Shown: piece after piece, positions 11,801-23,697 of the stretch
Layout of the letters: every line of letters begins with the position of its first letter
Numbering within the stretch: position 1 is the first letter of the stretch
Assembly (NCBI GenBank): GCA_905178155.1
Contig: CAJINV010000004.1
Span: forward strand, 8,578,882 to 8,642,881
Length of the DNA: 64,000 bases
Direction of reading: 5' to 3'
Source: Amoebophrya sp. A120
Lineage: Eukaryota; Protista; Dinoflagellata
The notes under the pieces: model-generated
What the model was told of the DNA's origin: nothing
The model's input: the letters and a program-made list of their open reading frames with translations, nothing else
Database searches by the model: none
Made by a program: the position numbers and the translations under genes

Positions 11801-14382
11801 ATACGTCGAGCGTGCTGCCAACCGCACCCGGCTTGCCCACGCCCATGGCGTCGCGTTTTGTGATCGCGCGGAGAAAAGTCCTCCGGACCTTGGAGATTGC
11901 GGATTCCTTCCGCCCCAGGACTTTATTGTGCGCGTCGACGTCGAGCTGGTTTTATTTTCGTATTTTCGGGTTTTTGATCATTGACATGCATCGTGTGTGA
12001 CAGAAAGATATCAGCTGTGGGAATAATGCAACCCTAGGCCTAGCTGAACTAAGAAAATAAATAAAAAACGCACTAGATATTCATACTCAATACACGTGAT
12101 CTTCGTGAAGCCTTTACATTATACCTCACTCCGCACCGTCTTACTTTCGTGCAGCACCGTGCCAGTTTGTCGATCGATTTCCAGTCTATCAAATGTAAAA
12201 ATGTCTGGGTCTGGAAGAGTCCATGTTTGTCATGCGTGTCTGGCATGACTCTCAAATCTGTCATGCACGTTACCCAAGAGCGCCACTCTTCTGTCATGCA
12301 GAAACTCAGTTTGTCATGCAGAATAGGCAACACCTAGAAGCTCAGAAACTTCTCACGCTGAGCCAGCACTTGTGGCTTCCTCATGATATGCCACCCAGCA
12401 TCACAAGTTTCCAGACCCAGACATATTTACATTTGGTACAGTCGGCAGCCGAGCAAGAGACTTTCGACAAAGAGTAGGTCGTATGCATTGCAAATATATC
12501 TGGGTCTGGAAGAGTGCAAGATTTGTCATGCATATTTTCAATGACCCACGATGCCTGTAATGCATGACGTAGCGTCACCAACTTTTAGAGGGCTTCGCAA
12601 TGCCTATCTCGCATGAGAAATGCCCTCTCCGCGTAACTAACAAAAACTGGACTCCTGTTGCTGGTCATGCAATACAAAGTTTTTTAGAATCCGAAAACAG
12701 CATCACAAGTTTCAACTTTCCAGACATCCAGACATCTTTGCATTTGATAGGTGGGTAAACACTGCCTCCTTGTTCAAAATTTCCCGGTGGTCGGGTGTAT
12801 CCTGTGCAAAAGTATCGCACTCGTATTGCAATCCTGCATTACAAATCTTTTTCTTAAGGTAAATCCGCATTACAAATTTTATTTCTAATGCTGTAGGAAA
12901 TTTGTAATGCATTTATACGAGTACGATACTTTTGCAGTCCATAGGGTGTGCGGAAGACCAATTCGGCGCAGGGCTTGAAAAAAATGATTTTGTCCTCTGG
13001 GTGCAACGCGTGCTGCTTCGTGTAATTGTAAATGTCGTTCCAATTTTTGTTTTTCGTCTCGATAGGAACCCAGGAGAGAAACAACCTGTGATAGAATTTT
13101 TGTAAGTAATATGATGTGACATTTCATTTAATATCATGTGGATGAACTCTGCGTAGTAACATATGAGCAACCTCTGATGCAACGTTCTGCATGACAAACT
13201 TCTACCTGTCATCCGGTGCCACCCCTGTGTCCTCCGCCGCATCCGGCACGTTATTCTCGACTATGCTGTGCAAAAATTGTATTGCGCTCATGGTGATAGC
13301 AATCATGCATGACAGACATGAAAGAGAAAGTCTTTAGCATTTGATTCTGCATCACAAATTTCATTTTTCCTCTTGAACAGTTTATTGTCATGCTATTTGT
13401 ACTAGTACGACACTTTGTTTTTGCACTGGATATCGACTACCACCACCTGATTTCTCGTTTTTCTAGCGTTCCTCTTCTTCCTCCTTGCCTCGTGCTCCTG
13501 CGGTATCCACGGCAAATATGTTGTTGTCGCGGATTTCTCTGGAAGGGTCTGCAGTTGCGAACTTGTGATGCAAAGTCTGGATCACGAAATCGATCAGGTA
13601 ATGAAAACTTGTGTTGAATAAGCGCCAAAAGTTGTCCAATGCTGGCTACGAAAGTATTGAATTTATGGTGCGGAACAGGCATCAGCGTGCATTTTCCCCG
13701 GTTGTCTATCTATCATTCAAAAGACCCAACTCGGACCATCATTCACACTGCAGCTCTCCAGACAACTCGGACTAATCATTATTTTTGTCGATGTGATAGT
13801 CCGGACCCTCTGCTTAAACTCTTCGGTCACGTTCTTGCACAGTAGCCGGTTCTCCACTAACGCCTCCCCGTCCACCGGATTGAACCCCGGCCCCCCGTTT
13901 ACTTCCAGCAAGTACAACCGGGTTTCGTTCTCCGGCGAGAGGGGTCGCAAGTCCAAATGATCCGGCAATAGCACTTTCTGGTACTGCTCCCAGACCGCCA
14001 GCTGCCAAGCGCCGTCGCCCACGTCCCACCGGCAGTAGGTGGGAGCCGCGGGGGGTGGGGGTTTGTCGTCACTCGATTGGGAGAGCAAGTGGGCGAGCCC
14101 CTTTTGCTCCTTCTGCGACTTCGGCGTCTGGCTAGAGCTCGATGCGGAAGAACTGTTCGCTGAGTTGTAGATCACGGTGTTGTCCGCGAGCTCCTCAAAC
14201 GTGTCAAAATCCAGGCACAACCCGAGCAGCTTCGAGGCGGCCCTCTGCAGTTCGAAACACCGCAGCCCGAGCTGCTGCCGGAGGATGGAAACGGTGGAGG
14301 GCACGAGCTCGTTGTCGTCTTTGGAAGCCATAGACTCGTGGTGGACCACGGCCATGGACTCCGTCACGGCGCGTTTCAACAT
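8875..14382 (-). CDS. Large multi-exon hypothetical protein with a Cys/His-rich segment and an upstream TTL-like motif; may be two genes, 5' end uncertain
   Basis: The frame can be followed from ~13570 to the stop at 8875 across 11 introners and GT-AG introns (CSRGH..CRVCG..CKRRCEFYGICENC). ORF 13717-14382 has CFEL and YLLEVNGGP; its splice link to the rest is unresolved. Confidence 0.6.
8970..9227. mobile_element. Introner family A
   Basis: A-type TIRs; TSD GAGGA. Confidence 0.9.
9379..9641. mobile_element. Introner family A
   Basis: A-type TIRs; TSD CGTGT. Confidence 0.9.
9703..9956. mobile_element. Introner family A
   Basis: A-type TIRs; TSD AAAAT. Confidence 0.88.
9991..10277. mobile_element. 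Introner family B
   Basis: B-type TIRs; TSD GAGCT. Confidence 0.9.
10562..10747. mobile_element. Introner, long fold-back type
   Basis: IR CAGAAAAAAGCAGGCAGGTCA / TGACCTGCCTGCTTTTTTCTG; TSD GAATT; removal gives DLQFPIV. Confidence 0.85.
11091..11361. mobile_element. Introner family A
   Basis: A-type TIRs; TSD GCACC/GCACA. Confidence 0.87.
11582..11803. mobile_element. Introner, C-tract TIR type
   Basis: TATGACAGTGCACAACCCC / GGGGAGTTGTGCACTCTCATA; TSD CGTCG. Confidence 0.88.
12187..12438. mobile_element. Introner family A (close to the copy at 47232)
   Basis: A-type TIRs; TSD CAGTC. Confidence 0.9.
12482..12749. mobile_element. Introner family A
   Basis: A-type TIRs; TSD GGTCG/GGTGG. Confidence 0.87.
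12798..12943. mobile_element. Introner family C
   Basis: TATCCTGTGCAAAAGTATCGCACTCGTA / TACGAGTACGATACTTTTGCAGTCCATA; TSD GGGTG. Confidence 0.92.
13262..13432. mobile_element. Introner family C, diverged
   Basis: Degenerate C-type TIRs; TSD TCGAC. Confidence 0.8.
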
Positions 14383-16883
14383 CTTTTTGGACTGGTGGAG
14401 TCGTATATTTAGATGATGTTTGGTCAGTTGCTTGGTTGTCCTTCAGACCGATGCTTCACTATCATTTGGTTTGCCGTAGGTACTAGCCCCTGCTTTCTTT
14501 AAATTTTCTCGTTTATTCCCCACCCTGATTTTCGAAAAAAAACGTCCTGCTTGGTGATAATTGTAATGATGAGGCTGAGACCAAGTAGACTCAATAGCCC
14601 TGCTTCATATTCATCAATGAAAAGCGACAAAACAAACGAGCGAAAAATGATTGACGGTGCAGTGCAGACGACTGGATGCATTGTTTCAACGACGTGGTGC
14701 GAAGATTCCAAAAAAAAAATGTTGCGACTTCTTGCCCTATCAGTCTTTTTACGAGAAAAAACGACGAAAGCTTTTTGGCGACAAAGAATCACGATAGGGA
14801 AATACGGATCCTCTAGCCTACTTGCGCAGTTCACGTAGACATTCCTCCAGCACAGTCAGTGGTTCGACGATGTTGTACTGCTGGGCGGGCAACACAATAA
14901 AGACACCGAGCAAAGACGAATAAAGTACTTTTTTTTCACAAAGGAACAACTGCAGATCATCTTCATCGTGACCCACGTTGTATCTGTCTACGCTGGTGCC
15001 CCTGACTGTTGTTTCAACAACCATTTTTGCATATTCATTTCGTTCTTGGTGCCTCAACCAAGATTTTCAAATTTGAAGTAAGTTCATTTTATCGATATTT
15101 CGTATTTCTAGATTCCGATATCCGCGGTGAGTCAGAGTTTTTGAAGTTGGCGTAAATGTCGCTTTTTGTCTTCACATGCACAAGCTTCTACCGGTAGTTT
15201 GTTCTACAAGTAGAATTTTTTACCAGCGAACTCATGCTGCCAACCAAAGAGATAGCAGGCTAGGGAGTGATTCTTTCTGTCGTTCTTAAAATTCAAGTAT
15301 TAGTATTCGAAATTTCTGAAGACCCGGATTCTTCACAAAGATGAGGTCTAAGTATAATCAAGTACTAGAGAAGAGCTACCCAGATGAGACCGAAATAAGC
15401 GACTCAGCTGACAGGTGCTTCGAAGCTGCTTCAAACGAACCTCCACGAGGGAGGGTGCTGCTAAAGTGTTATAGTTGTTTCGTCAGCACTTCTGTCGAAT
15501 CTTCTTTAGGGATACGGTCTAAAATCAGTCACCCGTCCTTCGTTTCGTTCCCTCCCCATGAAGTATCAGTACTTACCTCAGAATAGTGATGGCTTTAGGA
15601 AGTGGTAAATAGAGCGGTTTATTATCTCACACGCAGTGGTAGAAATAAACTGGAACCTAGAAAAATCTTGTGTAGGCGTTAAACTTAAGTTCGGTGTGGC
15701 GCCTAGAACTAGAAGTGAAACTATCGGCAGAGAGAGCTAATGTCATTGGCCCGATGATAGAGCTCGACAAGCACTAGGAATACGTTTCGACAAAGACACC
15801 GCTTGCGAGAACATCCCTGTGCGAGTTGTAGCTACGGCATCCTCTGAGACTTTCTAAATACGTGTTAGCATCTTCCCATTTTGTAAATTTGCTATTTCCC
15901 GTCGATAATATTTCCCTATCTAGTTGTACTTAGCACCAGGAGGCAGAATTATAGCAGGCGGCGTTTTTAGTGAATGAATTTCTAATACGAAATAAAGTTG
16001 GAAAATTCGGTATAGTGTACTTACTGCATAGAAAAATGCAAAAGCGAAAGCTCGTTGCTCCGAAAAGGGTAAGCTCAAGTGCCGTCTTCACCGATGTGGG
16101 ACACAACGAGAGCATCGTTGTGAAAACGTCGGAGTTGTGGCTGTAATAAAATTCAGTGTATTCTCGAGTTGCTTTTTTGCTGAATACCACTTCTGTGCTG
16201 ATTTAACACTGTCGGTTTTATAGATTTGTTGATTTGTGTTTGTCAAGGCTAAATTTGTGATAATTTGCATTACAGAATTGATATGAGTGCAGACCGTGAC
16301 GACCATTCGCATTCTATCCGAACTTAGTGTAAAGTAAAAGCAGTAAACGCCGTTTTTCGCTCGTGCCGTATTTTTCCTGCTTTTCTACGATGGCGCCGAA
16401 AGAAGAAGTGCATTTCGGAAGATCTTTCGACTACGTCCTCGTGTCATCGCTTTTACGGAACTTTAACCCTGTAGTCCGTGCTGCTGCAATCGCTGTTTTT
16501 ATTGACACGTCGCTAATAAATTACTTTTTAGCACTTGTATGAAGAAAACCACTTCATTCTTTTACACCAAGATCTGAGATAGAAGGCGAGCAGTCGTTTT
16601 GGAGGTTGTAAAGTAAAGTTCGAGTTCCTGTAAATTTAGAAAATACGAAGCTCTCGACCCGAAAGACGGAAATCTTTGACATTTTGTTTTCGATTTGCAC
16701 GCCTTTGAGGTAGTAGCTGATACAACAAGAAGTCGCTGATAAGCTACAGCTTTATTTCTTCACGAATATCATATAGAAGTAGAAATTTTTATCCGTTGAT
16801 TGAAGCAAAACAACTTTTTGAAAACAATAAATTCAAAAGTTTATGTCTACTTCCCCAAACCTTGTCTTTACACTGTGTATAAT

Positions 16884-17942
16884 CTAGCAATATACTGATT
16901 TACTGTCAAGGTTACGTGGGTTAGGTTTACTGGTAGCATTTTTCCTCTTGTCACAGGTCCCACTCGTCCCATCGTCGCAACCATTGTTTGGACCCCCTCG
17001 CTGACACGAGAACAACCCAGGAGGAACACCACCTGGGTCTCCTGGGTCGCAACCGCGTCGTCGAGAGGAGAAGAAAAACAAACCGTGCGGCAACAGGAGG
17101 GGACTGCTCGAGGCCACGAACCTGGAATGTACAAAAGTTGATGCGCACCGCTGGATATCTGTACAAAGTTTGGCGTAAAGGCTAGTTCTCCGGATCTCTT
17201 TTACAAAGGACTGCAACGTGGACACTGTACAAGAAACGAAATATTCTGCAACTTCGAGAAGGAAAAAATGCAGGTGTAAAAGGTAGTCGTTCTCCTTCGT
17301 ACTCTTTATTTTCCGTGAATAATACAAAGGTTTGGCGGAAGTCGGGTGCATTTTTCCTTCGACATTGGATGTTCTTGCAGCGATGTCTTCGACATGCGAT
17401 GTCTTCGAATTGGTAAGTTTATCTTCAACATCGTGCATGACATCTTCCAGAAACAGCGGACTTTTCAATTTCCCTGTCTGTTTCAGCAGCACTGTGCTGT
17501 TGTTGTTCCTGATAAAGTGAAAATTCGTGTCTGGTAAAGTGACATCTGTTTTTCTTCTCTTTGTTGTAATCTTTTTTCCTGGTAAAGTGAAATCGGTTTT
17601 TGATCTGGTAGTACAAGTTGTACTCAAGTCCTGTAGTTTTCCTGGTATCCACTGCAACTACGGTACTGCGTCTGGAAAGTTGTGATGCATCATGTCTTAA
17701 CTGTCAGCGAATGTTGATATACCGCACTGGAATGTTGCACGGCCAAGCATGACAGATGTTTTCGTGCTGGTGGACCCGTGTTGCTCACAAAAATTTTTAC
17801 GCGTGAGAATATTAAACTGCTTTTTTGATACCAGCGTCATGCCAGACCAGCATGACAACCCTCGCTGCAATCCTGTTCATGTTCCAGCCACACTAGCATA
17901 TTTATTGCAGTGGATACCTGGTAAAGTGTGACAGTTTTTCAT
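16884..17942 (-). CDS. Possible ORF (or extended RNR 3' UTR) interrupted by one introner
   Basis: Removing 17646-17916 plus one TSD gives MKNCHTLPGKLQ.. joined to the 257-aa ORF. No recognisable domain. Confidence 0.22.
17646..17916. mobile_element. Diverged family A-like introner
   Basis: TATCCACTGCAA / TTGCAGTGGATA; TSD CCTGG. Confidence 0.8.
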
Positions 17943-17963
17943 CTCTTCCACTTGGAAGACAAC

Positions 17964-20900
17964 TTAGAAGTCTTCGTCCATGGAAAAGGCGTGACTGCTC
18001 TCGCCCTCCCCGGACGTGGCCGTCTCCGCCGCCTTCATTACACCCGCCTTCTGGTAGTCCCCGACCCGCTTCTCGAAGAAGTTTGTCTTGCCCTGCAGGG
18101 AGATCAGCTCCATCCAGTCGAAGGGGTTCTTTACCTCATACAACTTCTCGCAGCCCAAGGCGACCAACAGCCGGTCCGCCACAAACTGGATGTACCTGAT
18201 TTTTTTGTATCAGGTCGGGTCATTTTTAGTGATAAGTAGTACAACACAGAAGCACAACGTTGGACGATTGCGTCTCACAAACGTCAACTGCCTTGGTGGT
18301 GTATACATGACAAATCTTCATTCAACAACCCTATAGAAGAAACAACAAGTACGTTCCCATCAACTTCTTATTCATGCCGATGAGGTCGCAGCTCAAGGCA
18401 TCGCAGATGAATTCCTGTTCCACGGCCACCTATCAACAGCAAAAGTGTCTGGGTCTGGAAGATTACAACTTGTCATGCTGTTTTTGGATTCTAAAAAAAT
18501 TTGTATTGCGTGACCAGCAAGAGGGGCACAGTTTGTGCTACACGGACAAGGCATTTCTCATGCGGAAGGTGCATCAGGAAGCCCTCTAAAAGTCTGCGAT
18601 GCTAGGTCATGCATTACAGGCATCATGGGTCATGAGGAATATGCATGACAAGTCTTGTATTCTTCCAGACCCAGACGTTTTTGCATTTGATACCACCGCT
18701 CCCTTTACGATCTCGTGCACCACCGCCTGTGGGAGCTTCTTCTCCAGCATGCCATACAACAAACAGGCGAAATCCGCGTGCAACCCTTCGTCCCGCGCAA
18801 TCAACTCGTTGGAAAACGTCAGACCCGGCATCAAACCTGTAGTGACGTTTTGTTTTATGTGAAGAAATCTGCATGACAGACAATTATGTATCGTGATGTG
18901 ATTCTGCAGGACAATTTTTTTTTCCTGTGTCGTGAAATCTGCATGAGAACCTCACTTTCCACTTTAATTTATGAATCTGGATCATCTGCATGACAACCGC
19001 TGTCTCTAGCTTAGACTCGTAGTAAGTACCTCGCTTCTTCACCCAGTAGATGGCACAGAACGAGCCGGAGAAGAGAATCCCCTCCACGCACGCGAACGCG
19101 ACCAACCGCATTGCGAAACACAGGTCACTGCTCATCCAGCTGGAGGCCCACTTCGCCTTCTTTTCGATGACCGGAATCGTGGTGATTGCGTTGAACAGAC
19201 GGTGCTTTTCCGCTTCGTCGTTACCTGGAATGTAGGAAATAAAGTTGACGTGCATCTATCAAACAAGCACTTTGTTCATACAGTAACAGTTACACTTACA
19301 CTTACAGGCAGAGCTAGAGCTGCATGATAAAATAAAATGACCATTTGTTGACTCATGCGAGGACATCATCACGCTTGTAATACATTCACATCGGAGAAGA
19401 TCAAGATCTATTTCATCCGCGAACAAAAATTATAATTCAAAGTACGGCAGTATTGGTCGATGAGCAATGAGTAGGTCTCCGAGTGGATGTTCTCCATGCC
19501 GGCCTGGAACCCGTAGAACGCGCGGGCTTCCGGCAGCTGCACTTCGGACGCGAAGTTGCAGTTAATGTTCTCCAGCACGATACCTTGTTCAACATCCGAT
19601 GTTTGTCTGGTCTTGTGCATGACAAACTTCGTCTACAAATTTGGTACTTAGATTTGACTGCTTGTACTTCTGGTTCTGCTCGCATCACAAATTCAGTCCC
19701 CTGCTTTTACGTGTTTTCGTTTTGCTTTTGCAGAAAAAAACAGTATAAGTACCATCACTCCCTGCGAAGAAGGCCAAGATGTGTTTGATGAAGTGGTGTT
19801 CGTTCCCTGTATGCAAAGGAAAATAAAGTGCTACAATTAAGTACACATTGGGCTCGACGTGCGTCGTACGTGCAAGACCAGCATGACAAACACCCTTTGT
19901 CATGCAAGACATGCTGACTACGTGTTATTTGCAAGACATGCAAGAATTTGTCATGCAAGTTTGTCAAAAGTGTAAATCACTTTTTTCCTGTGCATACTCT
20001 GAGAGCTTTTCCCAGTCCGTCATGTCCTGGGTCAGATCGATTTCCTCCGCTGTCCAGAAGGACGCTTCGTGTATCGCCAGAGAAAAACTATGTGGGTGTA
20101 AGTCTGTGATGCAGAAAATGCAAAACTGTTACACTTGTCATGCTGAATCTGCGTCATAGGCTACTTTCATACGTGTTTCCACTTACTAGCTGCGCATGAC
20201 AGATTTTCCCTGTAATGCAAAACGAATTTGTTATGCTGCACTTCCTACAAGGTTGCACTCACACAGTTTTTTTCCTGGATATCGTGCTGCTTGTACCTGA
20301 TAGTGAACAAACCGCATCAAAGTAGAGTTGTTGTTTTTAATCTTCGAATAGGTTCCCTTAATTTCTCATGCAAATCTATGCATGACAAACAAAGTAGAAG
20401 TAGGTACTATGCATGACAAACAATAATAAAAATCCAAATCTAGTAAGTACATCTCCCACACTTCCGGGTACTGGATCGGGAACATGACCCATCGCTGCGG
20501 ATTTTCCTTCAGCAAGATCTCATTTGGTTCGTACGTTTTGAATTCCGCACTAATGGCCTTGGCGTTCATGCTGAGCTTAGACGCGTCCACCTGCTGCTCT
20601 TCGTCGCTACTGCTCGAGGCCGCGGTAGACTCGTCGTCGCTCGGCGCGGCAGAACCTGTGTAGTATTAATTTTCGAGTATTTTACTTCATGATGCATGAC
20701 ATCAGACATGACGACCTGTAGTATAAAGAAGTAGTACCTTGTCATGCAGGAGGGGTACGACCTTATCACGAACGAACCAGTATCGCGTTTTACTTCTTTA
20801 CCATCAAAACAAAAAACCCAATAGATACTGAAAGAGAGGCTCTGCAAATCGACATCTGGTCCGTTGCCCACGACCACGCCGCCCTTTACCACGCACTTGT

Positions 20901-21837
20901 GTGGGATTCCCTTGATGCCGTACTCCTCCGGGATTTCGTCATCGTCCACAATAGAAGAGATGCACTGTATAATTTTCGTTAAATTTGTAATGCATAAGAT
21001 TACATAACAGGACTACACTGTCATGCAAGTAATGCATAAGATCTTCGCTATATACCTTTGTGATTCCGTGGTCCTTGCAGAATTTCCCCGCACCCTCGTC
21101 ATCGTTTTCCAGGTTGATCAGGAGGAATGCGACGTTTTTGTCGGAGAACTTGGTTTATGAAATGCAAAAGTGTCTGGGTCTGGAAGAGCGTGAACAGAAC
21201 TTGTCATGCAGCTTTTCCATGACCCATGAGGTCTGGAATGCAGGACCTAGCATGACAGATTCTGTGCGATCTCTCTCATGCCTATCCTGCATGAGAAACT
21301 TCCTCCCAACTTGGTTGAAAGTGGACAGCTTTTGGCACTCATGCAACACAGATTTTTGCATGATTCGGATTTAGCATGACAAGTGCAATCTTGCCGACAT
21401 CCAGACATTTTTGCAATCCATATGGTTGCCAAACCCTCGAGTTCCTTGGCGGTATCCGGGCATTTGGTGCACCAGCACGTGTAAAAGTCGAGGACCAAAT
21501 GCTCGTACTGCTGAGACAGTTCCGCGATGGAGCTCGATTTGCCTTTGCCCGTCTCCTTATCAATCTGACAGAGTTTGTTCAGTTAATTTTCTATGATGTA
21601 TTTTCTTCTTTATGCAAACACGTTGTGGGGAGCGGGAGGAAAAAAAGCGTATTCTGCATGACAAATTCAATCCATCATGATGATCGGTGTTGCAGTTCAA
21701 GTTCAAGTTCTTGCAATTTTGCATTACAGAATAATGAAAACAAAATTATGATAAAACAGCAGCAATTATGGTGTGTGTACCACGGTGATCGGGAAATCCA
21801 TCAGGTTCTTGCCCACAAGCTTCTTCGTGTCCGACAT
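17964..21837 (-). CDS. RRM2: Ribonucleotide reductase small subunit (R2) with an N-terminal thioredoxin-like (WCTKC) domain
   Basis: R2 motifs [57 protein letters not shown] and C-terminal DEDF. Upstream exons encode [21 protein letters not shown] and join in phase through GT-AG intron 20656-20828. Confidence 0.9.
18431..18692. mobile_element. Introner family A
   Basis: A-type TIRs; TSD CCACC; removal gives [10 protein letters not shown]. Confidence 0.92.
19810..19996. mobile_element. Introner family F, diverged
   Basis: TATGCAAAGGAAAA / TTTTCCTGTGCATA; TSD CCCTG/CTCTG; removal restores the R2 frame. Confidence 0.78.
20072..20281. mobile_element. Introner family F
   Basis: TATCGCCAGAGAAAAACT / AGTTTTTTTCCTGGATA; TSD TCGTG; removal gives YKQHEASFW. 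Confidence 0.88.
21156..21422. mobile_element. Introner family A
   Basis: A-type TIRs; TSD TGGTT. Confidence 0.9.
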
Positions 21838-23697
21838 TTTCAAGGTTTTTTGGGTAGTTTCTTGGGTAGTTGAAAAATGCAAATTTATGTTTTCTTTTTT
21901 TGTTCTTTTGCAACGGTAGAGATTTTTGTTTTTCTACTCCTCTTCGATATTTTTCTTCTGCAGCTATAGAAACAGTGATAATTTGTTTTTTTGGACTTTT
22001 CTATCGCTAGTGTATTTACTTTACTCTTGACTTTTTTAGCACAAAAGCACTGGTTTTTCTTTCTGTTATAGTTGTTTTTTGGTGGAGATAGATTGATTGT
22101 GTTTTTTTATTTTTCTCGGCACTGGGCGGAAAAAAAAGACGTGGCTAGAGGGAGTTTTTGGATGAGAAGAAAAAATGGCGTCAGAAGAAAAAACCGTGTC
22201 GAACTTTATGGCGTCCTTTTTAGCTTCCGACAACAGTCAACAACACACTACTATCGAGATAGTACAGCAACTTTCTTTGTTCCACAGCAACATTCTTTTT
22301 TCCACAAGTACGACATCAACCGGGCTTCTGACAGCTTCGACTTCACTTTGTTCATCACTCGGCGGGGTGGTCCTTACAACGGGGAATTTCAATGACAAGC
22401 GCAGCAAATTCGACTCTACTGCACTTTCTTTATCTATCACACATGTTGTACTTGCAACAGCAGATGATGCAGAGGAGGGGGGAAACCAGGTACACAAGAC
22501 ACCCAAACTTCATGGAACAAGGGTACTTCTTGTTCAGCGGCCGCAGACACAGACAACAGCAGGGGCAAGTAGCGCTACTATACTTCGGGGACAACTTAAT
22601 CTTAATCTTAATCTTCTTCGTATATACTATCAACAATCTTGTTCGCTTCTTCGATGCAGCAAGTAAGCTTCAGCAATCAGACACAGTTGGGGAAGAACTA
22701 CTTACGTAGAGCTACTTGTTCGACGTATCATCATCTTTTCATCAACATCAAGCACATACGAAGCTCCAACTCGGACGGTGAAAAAAAGCAATTAAACAAC
22801 ACAGACGGGTCGACCACTCGTTCATCTTTTCGTTTCGTCTCTTTGTCCCCAGCGAAATCCTTGCGAGAAAAGCTTTTTCTAAATCGAACTCAATCGAAGG
22901 AACACGACGAAAAATGATCTCTCTCAGCAGCTCGTTTGGCTTTCTTTTTTCGGAGCCATAACAGCCGGCGATAGTTTGACAGTACAGTCGATGGTGGAAT
23001 TTGAATTTCCACTTTTAATGTAGCACGAGGAGGAAGCGCTTTAGCTCGGCAGATCTTATACTGAAAAAATGAAAAATACGGTCGTCGGTCGTTACTATTC
23101 TTGTCCTGTTCTTGTCAGAGTTGTGACAGTGGTTTAATGTGGATATTACTGACTGGCTGACTACTATTTCAGTCCGCTCGAAATGACTGTTGCAAGATAA
23201 ATACTGTCGCAGAAATTCATAAACTCTTGCACCGTTGTAGCCGTACTATCAACTTTGATGGTGCCCCTTCGGTAATATTAGAATTACCCTCGTCATATTA
23301 ATGCCTGCTGGTCTTACTGCGCGTACTTACTCATCCCTGGTGCACGAATCGCAACTTGTCGAATACAACTTGTCGAATACAAAACTTGAACTGTTTCTCT
23401 TTCTGTCGCTGCTCGCTAAAAATTATAGACCTCCCTTGTCGTCTAACTAAAACAACTCTGTTTCGTTCTTCGAATCAGATTCGTATAACAAACATTTTGC
23501 TTGATTGGTGTGCTGACGCTGAGACCACTTTCCAGCTTGTGGCATAACCTTGCTTGCTCGCTGGAGCTTGTGGCGATAAAAATTTTAACTGGGTCACTTT
23601 TATTCTTCCAAACCTGTAACTTGCGCAAAAGCTTAACAACCAGATGAGATCCTTTCATCAGCTGCAGCTTCACGTCTACCCTAGTACCAATCCTCCT

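Noticed and set aside
21900-23690. Short ORFs in the AT-rich spacer (similar ones in 29400-32700 and 15100-16800)
   Set aside because: No domains, no introners and low complexity; treated as intergenic or UTR.
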